A stretch of 58,114 nt of DNA from a virus (Duplodnaviria; Caudoviricetes): IMG/VR virus record IMGVR_UViG_3300048770_000009, positions 1-58,114 of that record; one strand, written 5' to 3'. Both the position numbers and the translations under genes were made by a program. Under the pieces are notes generated by a model that did no database searches, was not told the DNA's origin, and was given only the letters and a program-made list of their open reading frames with translations. Below, piece after piece: positions 35,301 to 43,783 of this stretch; position 1 is the stretch's first letter, and each line of letters begins with the position of its first letter.

Positions 35301-37935
35301 CAACACAATTACACCTGAGTTGGGCGGTGTTATCAAGCCGAACGGGTATAACAACGATGGCTATGGACTCTACGACGGCTTTGGCAACAAGATTGTAGAC
35401 ATCCATCACAGCCAAATCAGCTTGCCTCAACAGGCGGCTGGCTCTGGGCTGCATCAGTGCTTACACACGGATGACAATGGAATTGTAACGGGCACAGGCT
35501 CCGACTGCGGCTCTGGCGGCGGCGGGGGCGTACCCAGCGTCAACGGCGTCACCACTGCAGTAACGATAGCAGCCGGGGCAGGCATAGCGGTCAGCACTGT
35601 TGGAAGCACAGTCAGCATTGCAAGCACTGGCGGCGGGGGTGGGTATGTCAGCCCACTGGCAGGAAAAACGCTTGTGGATATGGGTGACTCACGGCAGATT
35701 GTAGCGGGTAGCTGTCAAGTGGGGGCATTGAGTGAAGATGCAATCTCAGGCTGCACCATTTCAAGCCATATCGCAACATGCACAGAGGCTAACACCAACA
35801 ATCAGGTCGTGAATAATGCGCTGCTGCTCTCTACTTTTGGCGGCTCTTATACAGCACTCAACGGTTTTGTGGCGACAGTTACAGGGATGCCAGGGACCAA
35901 TCAATTCACCTTTGACGCTACATCTACAGGAGTACCCGATGGCTCGACCGGGGCAGGATATGAGTCCTGCAAATATGCGCTTCCGCAACAGCAGCGCGAT
36001 GATCCATTGTATGCTGGTGTAACCATCGTGCAAAAATCAGCAGGTGGAGATAGCGCCGCGAATGAAGCTGCCACCTTTTCCACGAATCCCAACTTTCCAA
36101 GCGTCACGCCGGGTAGCACTATCCTTGTATCACAGCTTGGGTCGCAGGATTGTCTTAGCGGCACCGCACAGGCAACCACCGAAGCAAATCTTTTCTCGTA
36201 TATGCAACAGGTTCACGCCAAGGGTTATCTCTACACGGCGGAAACACTGCTACCAGTTCCAAGCAATGTTTATGCTTCTGCAGCTGCTAACTGCACACAG
36301 ACTATCAGCACGTGGTTGAGTCAACAGTCCAAGACATCGTTGAATTCCAACCCAGCGGTTTGCACTACAGCAGGAGTAGCAGGACAACCCGGTCAGACAG
36401 CGGGAAGCAACATTTGCGGATATTATTGGAACAGTTTTGCTGATCCAGCCGCATTGTTACCCTTTTATCCTAATAGGTATTTTTTCTGTGACTATCCAGA
36501 CAACCCCGCGACCAATTGCGAAAACCTGCATCTTACCGATCCCGGAGTATCGCGGTTAGAGGCTGCAATCTCCACTGCCACCATCTCAAACACCATCCAG
36601 CCGGGTTTAGGCGACATACAGCAGGTGGTTAGCTCGGATCAGGCAGCAATGCTGAATATGAGAGTCAGCACAGTTAACAACTCTGCGGGTTCCGGACCTG
36701 TGGCATCGTTTGGGATCACTCTGCCAAACTACAATTTTCCCAGCGAGTATACCCAAGGCGGTTATTCGGCTATGCAATTTTATGCGCCGTACGTGGATCA
36801 ACTAGTAACGGATATGCCCGGTGACTCGGCGCTGTGTTTTGACAAGAATTTATTGCTTACACCTTACCTAAACGGCGATAGCGGCGATGTATGCACGGTC
36901 CACGATCCCTCTAACATACAGACAGAAATCCTAGTCTCCGGTCCGACAGCAGCCACCGCGCTGATGCCAGATGCGAACCTGTCAGCGCACAATGTTTCAA
37001 TCAACGGTGCACTGAATCTTCTAACCAATCCTGTAGACTTGGCGCTGAACAATCAGAGCCAGACGTTTAACGGCACGCAGACTGTTGTAGCTCCCGATGC
37101 TAACAACGCCGCCGCCATTTTCAGCGCGAACACAACTGGCATTTTGCAGCCAGTATTTGTGCAGGGAAGTTCGGATGGTACAGGGACTCTCCCCAATCCG
37201 GTGACGGCTGGAAATGCCATCGTTGTAAATTGCGGAAATGCTGAGGGGGGATTACCGGGTATAACAGACAATTTAGGGAACACCTACACAACAGCAGCAA
37301 GTGTAATTATAAGTCCCGCCAGTTACCACGATGTATGGTCAGCAGTTGCTTGCAATGTCAACGGTGGTACAATTACAGTTTCCTCAACGGTATCTCCATA
37401 TCCAGGTTGTGGGACTAATGGTATGAGCGTAGCTGAGTACACCAACGTGGCTGCATCATCCTCTTGTGTGGATGGTAGTGGTGTTGCAATGTTGACGACA
37501 TACAATCCACTTGGTGTCGGAATCCAATGGACAGCTACGACGCCAACCTTGACCACGACTCAACCAAACGATAGGTTGATTGCAGCGTATGCGCGTGTAG
37601 ATAGTGGTATCCCCATATACTTAGGTAAATTTGCTACGCCAGATACCTCCTCGATTTACACGTCAATGTCATCAGCCCCGGCTTATGCAGCGGGTGTGCA
37701 AAAAGGCGTATCTGTCTCCTATCCATACGACGGATATGGTGGATTGATGCTGTTTGCGCTCAAAGGTAAAGCAATCTCCGGCGCAGCAGCACCAGCGGTA
37801 CGGTCACAGGGGGATATTACTCTTAGCGACTCAGCTATCAATGGTGTGATCTGGAAAGACACGGTAGATGGAAGTTGCAGACGGTTCCAGCTAAGCGGCG
37901 GCATTCTTGTCGGCACCGAAATACCTTGTCCATAA
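32389..37935 (+). CDS. Giant secreted tailspike-like protein with SGNH-hydrolase-like domain
   Basis: Signal MKNLSKLLILAILAPCALA-Q. Fibre motifs GGGTGATTAYGAATNLG and VPSVNG, tailspike-type NILCYGG...GTDNTPA, SGNH blocks GDS / GSQD / NLH. 40 Cys in the mature chain. Confidence 0.75.
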   Translation: MKNLSKLLILAILAPCALAQVPAPQIPLTGNIGSGGVFPNRNPGVISFTSDANHTMVYPEMSAGFIKVISSVSLTATRSLVAPQAAGFQFTIENATTGSQSIQVIGVTGTGVTITNGTTVTVVSDGTNFVQSGGISGVISIPGGGTGATTAYGAATNLGVPQWTIGVGAPSATCSAIANNGTFYTSSTSEIFQCSNVTGTYQWSQLGPTLNCAAASVYSNILCYGGIADLQPSFGYMSFGWSSGGYAVNVTGSLDGYSWNFTSADVGKYISFNKNSGAWTGGLPFVANSITTANTAKIVSVIDATHFTVDRQFQTTDSAYGIWGTDNTPAAHACYTAVVQGNGGTCAWLAGHYMLATYDHDANGNVVYAYGGLAQDSGDYQTNAGGSGATVSCTTVSGHLNACTVTGGGTNYPASNTEILDFGQSASSWLGCPTIYAGPCGGEFATVTTDSSGHVQNPVTIVYAGFGLTGTVAPNVIPTGGDGEAATCSLTGGTCGTPTITNAGGGHPTSQTNFLAIHAFNAGGSTCSTVGGYAGTNFVGVGTASSNSSGGISSAVWTTAPTGCGSVAPTIVFGPFACWDSGTSKFDAQCTNLSPLIPPAIPIQVALVSGASTFAPTGSALQGASVFSTWDGVTVDTPTPGVLQTQSAMFGGPYSREDVGNLEIDSGFIGLWVTNNANKGNQHDMVFATGIGILSASTDLGLKVSNLEFDSGAPYVNGGTWSHRSDFPAGAGGINDFEGFDNMVVEPSAYNSVYANLDTWFDKAVWHSDFTGDAVDMPETCATPMGIAQRQTGPSFSTPQGANAMCYKGITGFGYLNLARDNRNAGGSPLTNLNGKYLYRPIFYGSLGPSPVFNFDCEGCTTLVSDPYRVESVQEGAMEFSGGTWANINKVYWSGSPILQPLWNFQGLSTYGTAGSPIGTAWSEIGASAPVNAQPVQNLNIQAQIQNQFGEAITFNPATGIPGEIDFLNQSNTITPELGGVIKPNGYNNDGYGLYDGFGNKIVDIHHSQISLPQQAAGSGLHQCLHTDDNGIVTGTGSDCGSGGGGGVPSVNGVTTAVTIAAGAGIAVSTVGSTVSIASTGGGGGYVSPLAGKTLVDMGDSRQIVAGSCQVGALSEDAISGCTISSHIATCTEANTNNQVVNNALLLSTFGGSYTALNGFVATVTGMPGTNQFTFDATSTGVPDGSTGAGYESCKYALPQQQRDDPLYAGVTIVQKSAGGDSAANEAATFSTNPNFPSVTPGSTILVSQLGSQDCLSGTAQATTEANLFSYMQQVHAKGYLYTAETLLPVPSNVYASAAANCTQTISTWLSQQSKTSLNSNPAVCTTAGVAGQPGQTAGSNICGYYWNSFADPAALLPFYPNRYFFCDYPDNPATNCENLHLTDPGVSRLEAAISTATISNTIQPGLGDIQQVVSSDQAAMLNMRVSTVNNSAGSGPVASFGITLPNYNFPSEYTQGGYSAMQFYAPYVDQLVTDMPGDSALCFDKNLLLTPYLNGDSGDVCTVHDPSNIQTEILVSGPTAATALMPDANLSAHNVSINGALNLLTNPVDLALNNQSQTFNGTQTVVAPDANNAAAIFSANTTGILQPVFVQGSSDGTGTLPNPVTAGNAIVVNCGNAEGGLPGITDNLGNTYTTAASVIISPASYHDVWSAVACNVNGGTITVSSTVSPYPGCGTNGMSVAEYTNVAASSSCVDGSGVAMLTTYNPLGVGIQWTATTPTLTTTQPNDRLIAAYARVDSGIPIYLGKFATPDTSSIYTSMSSAPAYAAGVQKGVSVSYPYDGYGGLMLFALKGKAISGAAAPAVRSQGDITLSDSAINGVIWKDTVDGSCRRFQLSGGILVGTEIPCP

Positions 37936-37947
37936 GGAGGACAAAAA

Positions 37948-38280
37948 ATGAAAAAAGTACTTTTACTCGCGGTTCTGTTTGTGGCTGTTCTCGGCAAGGC
38001 ATCTACCCCTGCCCAAACAGCACCTGTTGCACCGCCCCTTGCAGCTTGTGCCTTTAACCATCCCGAATCTAAGCCGACAATGTTTGTGCCTCGCATCCAG
38101 AAATCCTATGGGCTGCTCACTCTCAACAGTGCTGGTGATCCTATTCTCATTCACCCGGCTAACAACACAGTTGCAGTTCCAACTTCAGTCACAACAACCC
38201 CTTGCGTTACGGGTGAGAAAAGCCTGGTCTATCTGCTGACCGTATCAGTTGCACAGCAGTTGAACACGGGCACGAAGTAA
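37948..38280 (+). CDS. Small secreted protein
   Basis: AGGAGG RBS; signal MKKVLLLAVLFVAVLGKA...; 2 Cys. Confidence 0.7.
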   Translation: MKKVLLLAVLFVAVLGKASTPAQTAPVAPPLAACAFNHPESKPTMFVPRIQKSYGLLTLNSAGDPILIHPANNTVAVPTSVTTTPCVTGEKSLVYLLTVSVAQQLNTGTK

Positions 38281-38369
38281 GATCATAACCGCGCCAAACC
38301 TGGCGCACCCGGCAAGGCTCCAGTAATCGGAAAGCCGGGGTTGTAGATTTTGGGGTTCGGGGGGATGGG

Positions 38370-38894
38370 ATGCCACTCAGCGAGGACGAGAGGGATCAAA
38401 TCGTGGAAATAGTAGACGCTAGATTGGACCACCGACAGCTCGATAGTCCGCTGCCTGTGATTCAGGCGACGGTGGAGAGGATAAGGAAAGAACTCTTCAA
38501 CGGCGATGATGGGAAAACTGGCTTCATTCCTGAGGGAAGAACCTTCTTTAGCGACTGGAAAACTCGGAATGATGTAGCAGATCGGCGCAAGAAGCGGGCC
38601 GCATGGGCCACCACTACCGCAATCGCGCTCTTAGGAATCTTTGGCGCTGGCCCCGTCGCCGATGGTTGGAAAGATGTGCAGGCGCTCATGGCGCTGGCTC
38701 GGAAAGCCCCTGACATCATCAAGCTCACGGACGATTGGAAGAATTACTACTCCAGACCAGACCCAGTGCCGTTTACGATCGCGCCGCAGGACTCGCAGCC
38801 GAAGAAGCCCTCGTTCTTTGCTCCCAAGGGACGCAAGAGTGAGTTCAACACGCTGCCACCGCTGCTTTCAAACGGCGGCGATCACAGTCAGTGA
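38370..38894 (+). CDS. Membrane protein (lysis-region hypothetical)
   Basis: Basic patch RRKKR followed by a TM segment AAWATTTAIALLGIFGAG. Confidence 0.6.
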   Translation: MPLSEDERDQIVEIVDARLDHRQLDSPLPVIQATVERIRKELFNGDDGKTGFIPEGRTFFSDWKTRNDVADRRKKRAAWATTTAIALLGIFGAGPVADGWKDVQALMALARKAPDIIKLTDDWKNYYSRPDPVPFTIAPQDSQPKKPSFFAPKGRKSEFNTLPPLLSNGGDHSQ

Positions 38895-38902
38895 GGTGTA
38901 GC

Positions 38903-39211
38903 ATGAAACCGAAGAAGCAAGGATTCCCGATCAACCCTAACCCAGGACCGCCGCCGATCATCTACTGCGTCCATTGCGGCACCGCGCTCGTCAACGACAA
39001 GTGCCCGAAGGGACACGAGCAGGCGCCCAAGGGCGACGATGGCCCGGAAATCATCCACGTAGGCCCAACCGACCTCGATTGGAGTCCTTTGCCCTACAAT
39101 GAAGTGCGCATGATTCAGAGCGGTCTGATAATCCCGAACCAGCAATGCAGCCGCCGCCTCTGCCGCATGATCCGCGTACTCATGGGCGAGGCGAACCCTG
39201 ATCTGATCTGA
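38903..39211 (+). CDS. Hypothetical Zn-binding protein
   Basis: CVHC...CPKGH; GAGGTG RBS. Confidence 0.55.
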   Translation: MKPKKQGFPINPNPGPPPIIYCVHCGTALVNDKCPKGHEQAPKGDDGPEIIHVGPTDLDWSPLPYNEVRMIQSGLIIPNQQCSRRLCRMIRVLMGEANPDLI

Positions 39212-39229
39212 AAATAATCGCGCAGGGGC

Positions 39230-39260
39230 TTGACAACCTGCGGGACAAGTGACACACTTG
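39230..39260 (+). promoter_or_regulatory. Sigma70-like promoter with palindromic operator
   Basis: TTGACA (39230-39235), N17, CACACT. Inverted repeat CAAGTG-ACA-CACTTG. ATG lies 6 nt downstream of the -10 box. Confidence 0.55.
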
Positions 39261-39264
39261 CGTC

Positions 39265-39441
39265 ATGAGTGTCAGACCGAACATTGCGCTACCCGATGAC
39301 CTGCACCGCAGGATGAAGATGCAGGCTATCGATCAAGGTGTAACCGTGCAGGCGTACATCGTGAACTCCATCTGGAAAATCGTGCTTCACGATGAGGCTT
39401 CGGTCCACCAGCGCAAGACCGCGAAGGAGCCGACGAAATGA
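39265..39441 (+). CDS. Ribbon-helix-helix regulator (58 aa, leaderless)
   Basis: MSVRPNIALPDDLHRRMKMQAIDQGVTVQAYIVNSI; ATGA overlap with the holin candidate. Confidence 0.75.
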   Translation: MSVRPNIALPDDLHRRMKMQAIDQGVTVQAYIVNSIWKIVLHDEASVHQRKTAKEPTK

Positions 39442-39761
39442 ACTGGAAGCCTTGGCTATACTCGCTGATCTCCGCTGGCATCGGCGGCGCATCAAGTGCC
39501 CTCGGTGGCGTGATCGTCGCGCCCTCGGTATTCAACTTCACGCCGACCGGCTGGGCGAACATCGGCAAGCTGGCGCTATTCGGTTTTGCGGTGCCAGTGC
39601 TGGCTTACCTTAAGCAATCGCCGCTGCCGCCCGAGTCGCAGGTGACGGTGGTGGAGACAAAGCAAACCGAGACGACCACAGTCACACCGCCGCCAGTAGC
39701 ATCCAAGTATGCGCCCGGTCTGCCGGTTGACGAGCAGGGCAGACTGAAACAGAACCCGTAA
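39438..39761 (+). CDS. Putative holin
   Basis: Two hydrophobic segments in 107 aa, ending LAYLKQSPLP; AAGGAG RBS. Confidence 0.55.
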   Translation: MNWKPWLYSLISAGIGGASSALGGVIVAPSVFNFTPTGWANIGKLALFGFAVPVLAYLKQSPLPPESQVTVVETKQTETTTVTPPPVASKYAPGLPVDEQGRLKQNP

Positions 39762-39785
39762 CGCAGCACAACCGAAAGGACACCG

Positions 39786-40040
39786 ATGGACCAGATGGAC
39801 CACGAGAAAACGAAGGCGCAACAGGAATCAACATGCAACCAGGCTGTTGCTGGCTGTGCGCGAGACAAGGTTGGGTATGCGCAAGCTGCTCAAGTTCCGT
39901 TGCGGTTACAGCTTGAGCGCGAGTTCAACTCGAACGCTTCCCGGCAGAGGGTGGTTGCTCAGGCGCTTGACATCATCACGCGGCACCCGGAGTTTGAAGA
40001 GTTCCTTCTGCTCCAACGGATCATCAACCACGGCTACTAA
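39786..40040 (+). CDS. Hypothetical protein
   Basis: GAAAGGA RBS. Confidence 0.55.
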   Translation: MDQMDHEKTKAQQESTCNQAVAGCARDKVGYAQAAQVPLRLQLEREFNSNASRQRVVAQALDIITRHPEFEEFLLLQRIINHGY

Positions 40041-40057
40041 CCGAAAGGACACGCACC

Positions 40058-40597
40058 ATGTGCAAAAACGCAACGAAGTCCGCAGCCGCTTTGATGGCCG
40101 CAATCGAACCGACAATCAAGTCGCTGCTCGCCGCCACCGGCCAACTCAACACCCCGAACGGCATCGCGGCCATGAACGCCTATGATGCGGCTCTGCTCGC
40201 CGTTCAGAACTGGACTCCCAGCACCACCGCGCAGAACGTGCTCCAACTCATGAACGCCTTCACGGCGGTATTCGACACGCTTCCGCTTCCGCCGAATGTT
40301 GCGCTTTACGTGAACATCATCACGGCTGGCATCACTGCGGTCATCGCTATCCTGACGGCCAACTCGCCGGCCCCTGCTTCTCTCCTTACTCATGAAGAGA
40401 CTCAGGCCATGCACCAGGCGGCAGTTGCGGCAGACGCAGCGGCGGCAGACGCAGCGGCGGCAGACGCAGCGGCGAAGGTTGCGGTGCTCGTACCTGGCTT
40501 CAAGCGCAGCATCTTCCATTCGCCTGAGAGCCAGTACAACACGGCATGGAACAACGCTTGCGACACGAACCCGGTCGAGGGCATCGGCAAGGTGTAG
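40058..40597 (+). CDS. Hydrophobic Ala-rich protein
   Basis: GAAAGGA RBS; hydrophobic helix VALYVNIITAGITAVIAIL. Confidence 0.65.
   Translation: MCKNATKSAAALMAAIEPTIKSLLAATGQLNTPNGIAAMNAYDAALLAVQNWTPSTTAQNVLQLMNAFTAVFDTLPLPPNVALYVNIITAGITAVIAILTANSPAPASLLTHEETQAMHQAAVAADAAAADAAAADAAAKVAVLVPGFKRSIFHSPESQYNTAWNNACDTNPVEGIGKV
40427..40471. repeat. 3 x 15-nt tandem repeat (AADAA)
   Basis: GCGGCAGACGCAGCG x3. Confidence 0.9.
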
Positions 40598-40806
40598 CCA
40601 GCCAGAGACGGCACAGTTTGCGCGGGCCGAGGACTGGTAGTTTGCTTTCGAGCTTCTACCTTAGCGTGATCCGGCCCGCGCAATTCAGAGGCACCCATGA
40701 CGCCCGACCAGATCGCCCAACTCGAATCCGCGCTCTGCTGGGTGGCGTTCGTAGCGGCTCTGGCGTTTACGGCGGTGACCGGAATGAACAAGGGATGGTG
40801 GGACGA

Positions 40807-41397
40807 ATGACAACTGAAGTAAGCATATCTCCAGGCAGAAAGCCGATTCTCAACCTCGACTTTGACGGCGTGTGCCATCTGTACACGTCGGGGTGGAAGG
40901 GCGCGGCTAACATTCCCGATGCGCCAACGGAAGGTATGTGGGAAGCCCTCCGCTCCTATCAAGCCATTTTTGAAGTCGATATATTCAGCTCTCGGAGCAA
41001 CCAAGAGGGCGGCATTGAAGCCATGAAAAATTGGTTCTACAGGAACCTGCCATCGGATGAATACCTTTCCGTAGTCGAGGCTCTTGTATTCCCAGTTGAC
41101 AAACCTCCTGCCTTTATCGGCATCGATGATCGAGTGGTAACCTTTCGGGGAGCATGGCCAGATGCCCAGGAGCTGCGGGCGTTCAAAACATGGACGCAAA
41201 ATCCGCTGGGAGCCACCAACAATCATCCTCGCGGCAAACTTAACGAGAGCGACGAAGGGGAGTTAAGGCTGGCTGTTTTCGAGAAAGACGGCACGGTGGT
41301 TATCGACTTCGGAAAGCCTACGGCTTGGATTGGTCTCGATGCAGAAACCGCCAGGAGTTTTGCCAACCTCATTGTCAAATATGCGAATAATTTATGA
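40807..41397 (+). CDS. HAD-superfamily phosphatase fused to a small C-terminal domain
   Basis: Motif I LDFDGV, motif II FSSR, motif IV IDDR. Confidence 0.75.
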   Translation: MTTEVSISPGRKPILNLDFDGVCHLYTSGWKGAANIPDAPTEGMWEALRSYQAIFEVDIFSSRSNQEGGIEAMKNWFYRNLPSDEYLSVVEALVFPVDKPPAFIGIDDRVVTFRGAWPDAQELRAFKTWTQNPLGATNNHPRGKLNESDEGELRLAVFEKDGTVVIDFGKPTAWIGLDAETARSFANLIVKYANNL

Positions 41398-41455
41398 CAC
41401 CACCCATGCCTGAGCAACCCGGCCTGATCGCGCTCCAAACCGCAGAGGTAGACTG

Positions 41456-41719
41456 ATGGCCCCGTACATCCCATGGAAGGTGCGCAAGGCGGCAGAGGCA
41501 GCTAGAGCCGCGCAGCCACGCCAAGTATGGTGTACTCGATACCGCGAAGCACGCCAAGCGAAACGAGAAGATGCGGCATTCGAGAGCGGGATTGAGAAGC
41601 TCGGCGAATATCTGGCTGCATGGACATGGCTTGACGAGATCCCGCAGCCGCTATGGTTCCCGCGCTGTGTGAGCATCGAGTGCCGTCCGGACCAGCAGAT
41701 TTTCATGGGGATGCGATGA
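41456..41719 (+). CDS. Hypothetical protein
   Basis: GAGGT RBS; ATGA overlap. Confidence 0.5.
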   Translation: MAPYIPWKVRKAAEAARAAQPRQVWCTRYREARQAKREDAAFESGIEKLGEYLAAWTWLDEIPQPLWFPRCVSIECRPDQQIFMGMR

Positions 41720-42297
41720 AGAGACTCGCCCTCATCGCGCTCCTTGCCGTTCCCTGCCACGCGCAGCAGCCGGGACTTGCCAAGCTCCAGCAGGCGGTTA
41801 CGGACCTAACGGCGGCGGTCCAGAGGCTCACGGCGGCGCAACCGTCACCAGGCGCAGGTCTGCTGCCCGGTCAGACAGGACTCTTTGCCGCGTTTCCCAA
41901 GGGCCAGTTCGGAATGCCTACGACCTTGCCAGCGGGCTTGGTGCCGGTCTGGACGACGAATGACCCCATCAACTGCCCACTGACGCCAGCCGTGGCCGAT
42001 TCCAACGCATCGCAGATGGTTGTGACCGTGCCAGCGAACCTGATCCCGAGCGCCGGCCAGGTCTGCATCCTGACCGTGACCTCGCCGGACGGGACCGGCG
42101 CAAGCAGCATTGTGATTCCATTCACGGTGCCGGGGCAGGGACCGTTCAACGCGAACATACTCAACTGGCAAGTAGCCCCGCAGGTGATTACGGGCTACTA
42201 TGTTTACCAGATCGCGCTGCCGACACCGCCCGCGCCTGGGCAGTCGGTTGCGCGGCTGGAGAAGAGGGGAAATGCTGAGCGAACCGTTAGGCCGTGA
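41716..42297 (+). CDS. Secreted protein with Ig-like domain
   Basis: Signal MKRLALIALLAVPCHA-Q; VVTVPANLI..AG...LTVTSPDG (IPT/TIG-like); 2 mature Cys. Confidence 0.65.
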   Translation: MKRLALIALLAVPCHAQQPGLAKLQQAVTDLTAAVQRLTAAQPSPGAGLLPGQTGLFAAFPKGQFGMPTTLPAGLVPVWTTNDPINCPLTPAVADSNASQMVVTVPANLIPSAGQVCILTVTSPDGTGASSIVIPFTVPGQGPFNANILNWQVAPQVITGYYVYQIALPTPPAPGQSVARLEKRGNAERTVRP

Positions 42298-42523
42298 CTG
42301 GAAGCATCCGTATCGACTCCCCGATCTTGCACGGGCTATTGCAGTGGCTAAGAGGGATGAGCAAAAGATATGGGCTAAACTGCTTGAACACGAAGCCTAT
42401 ACCTACGAGGTTTATCCCGGTGGAAGAAATGTTGCTTGGCAGGATGTGACCTTAGAAAGACGCAGCCGGAGGGCAGAGATTGAACCAGCGCGGCGCGGAC
42501 CTAAAGAAAAGAACTGGGAGTAG
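42272..42523 (+). CDS. Hypothetical protein
   Basis: GAGGGG RBS before ATG 42272. Confidence 0.45.
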   Translation: MLSEPLGRDWKHPYRLPDLARAIAVAKRDEQKIWAKLLEHEAYTYEVYPGGRNVAWQDVTLERRSRRAEIEPARRGPKEKNWE

Positions 42524-42526
42524 ACA

Positions 42527-42730
42527 ATGCAGATCATCGTTCAACCAGTGTTTCCACCGATCCCTACGACCGCCTTCGATTGGTGCGCTTACATCGACGG
42601 CATGGAAGAGCTTCCGCACCTTTACGGCCACGGCAGGACTAAGGAAGACGCCGTGAAGGAACTTCGCTTCAACCTCGAAGATCAAGGCGAGCATTTCCTT
42701 TTTGACTTCGACCAAGCGCAGGTAGCCTAA
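42527..42730 (+). CDS. Small conserved phage protein
   Basis: PPIPTTAFDWCAY...GHGRTKEDAVKEL. Confidence 0.6.
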   Translation: MQIIVQPVFPPIPTTAFDWCAYIDGMEELPHLYGHGRTKEDAVKELRFNLEDQGEHFLFDFDQAQVA

Positions 42731-42996
42731 TGTTCTACGGCACACGCATTCTCGCAGCGGTCCAGGTAGCAATGCTGGGCTATGTCATTTACCTTCAACG
42801 GAAACAGGAGAAAATCATCATGTCAGGACTCACCGATCTGCAAACGTCAGTCACCGCGCTCACCACTGCGGTCAACAACATCATCGCGCTCGTCAAGAAC
42901 GCCGATCCCGATGCAACCGTCGCCTCCATCGCTGCGCAGGTTCAGGCCGAAGTGGATGCGCTCAACGCTGCAATGGCCCCTCCCCCGGCGTCCTAG
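42730..42996 (+). CDS. TM + coiled-coil protein
   Basis: N-terminal TM then heptad repeats; TAATG overlap. Confidence 0.55.
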   Translation: MFYGTRILAAVQVAMLGYVIYLQRKQEKIIMSGLTDLQTSVTALTTAVNNIIALVKNADPDATVASIAAQVQAEVDALNAAMAPPPAS

Positions 42997-43305
42997 CCCG
43001 CGCACAAACCGGGGTCGCAAGGCCCCGGAAGTTCTGGATTCGCGCAACTGGCGCACGGAAGAGGGTGAAGCCATTGACAAACAATACTCAGAACCGACTC
43101 CGAATTTTGGCATGGACAATCTTCCTATGGGAGGCATGTTTGTTTCCCCAATGGGCTTTAGCTGCCCAGAGGGTACACATCTCGCGGCACTCCCCGACAC
43201 GGATAAGAAAGTCTGCCAACCGAATCCAGGTTCTGATTGACGCCGCTGTATAGGCACCGTATTACAGGGCGCAACCAACACGGTGCGGAAGTTCTGGAGC
43301 ACAAT

Positions 43306-43704
43306 ATGTGGTGGACCTTTGAAATCCCGACCGGCCGCTACTTCAACCCATCCGGTGCCTACGTCTCGACGGGCTATGCTGGGAACGGACCAGATAAAGA
43401 TAATGTAGACTCTGAGGCTATCGTTGGCCATGGCCCGCTGCCAGAAGCGACCTACGCGATGGGAAAATGGTTCGATGATCCCGAAAAAGGACCGATCGTT
43501 TGCCATCTCACTCCGTTGCCGGGAAGCGAGATGTACGACCGTGACGCTTTGAGTTTTATGATTCACGGCGATTCGCTTCGGCATCCTGGCTGGGCTTCCG
43601 ATGGCTGCTGTGTCGCCGACCATCCCACGCGGCTTGCAATGTCCACGTCGCCCTGCCAGTTCATCAGGACGGTAAAACAATTCACGCCTACCACCGGAGA
43701 ATAA
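43306..43704 (+). CDS. Tlde1/DUF2778-type L,D-transpeptidase-fold protein, putative endolysin
   Basis: GYAG.G....N...GPLP...Y...FMIHGDS...GWASDGC (His...Ser-x-Gly-Cys catalytic motif). GGAG RBS. Confidence 0.75.
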   Translation: MWWTFEIPTGRYFNPSGAYVSTGYAGNGPDKDNVDSEAIVGHGPLPEATYAMGKWFDDPEKGPIVCHLTPLPGSEMYDRDALSFMIHGDSLRHPGWASDGCCVADHPTRLAMSTSPCQFIRTVKQFTPTTGE

Positions 43705-43737
43705 AAGGAGATCGCGGAACACGCCAGAGCATGAGAT

Positions 43738-43761
43738 GGGCGGCCTTCGGGTCGCCCTTTT
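43738..43761 (+). terminator. Intrinsic terminator
   Basis: GGGCGGCC-TTCG-GGTCGCCC-TTTT. Confidence 0.8.
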
Positions 43762-43783
43762 CATTGGCGCGCGGTCTCAAAGA

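Noticed and set aside
38337-38369. G-quadruplex over the RBS of the 38370 gene
   Set aside because: G-runs are present but irregularly spaced, with no other support.
43065-43253. Overlapping Rz/Rz1-like spanin pair
   Set aside because: No convincing lipobox, and the coding frame cannot be decided from sequence alone.
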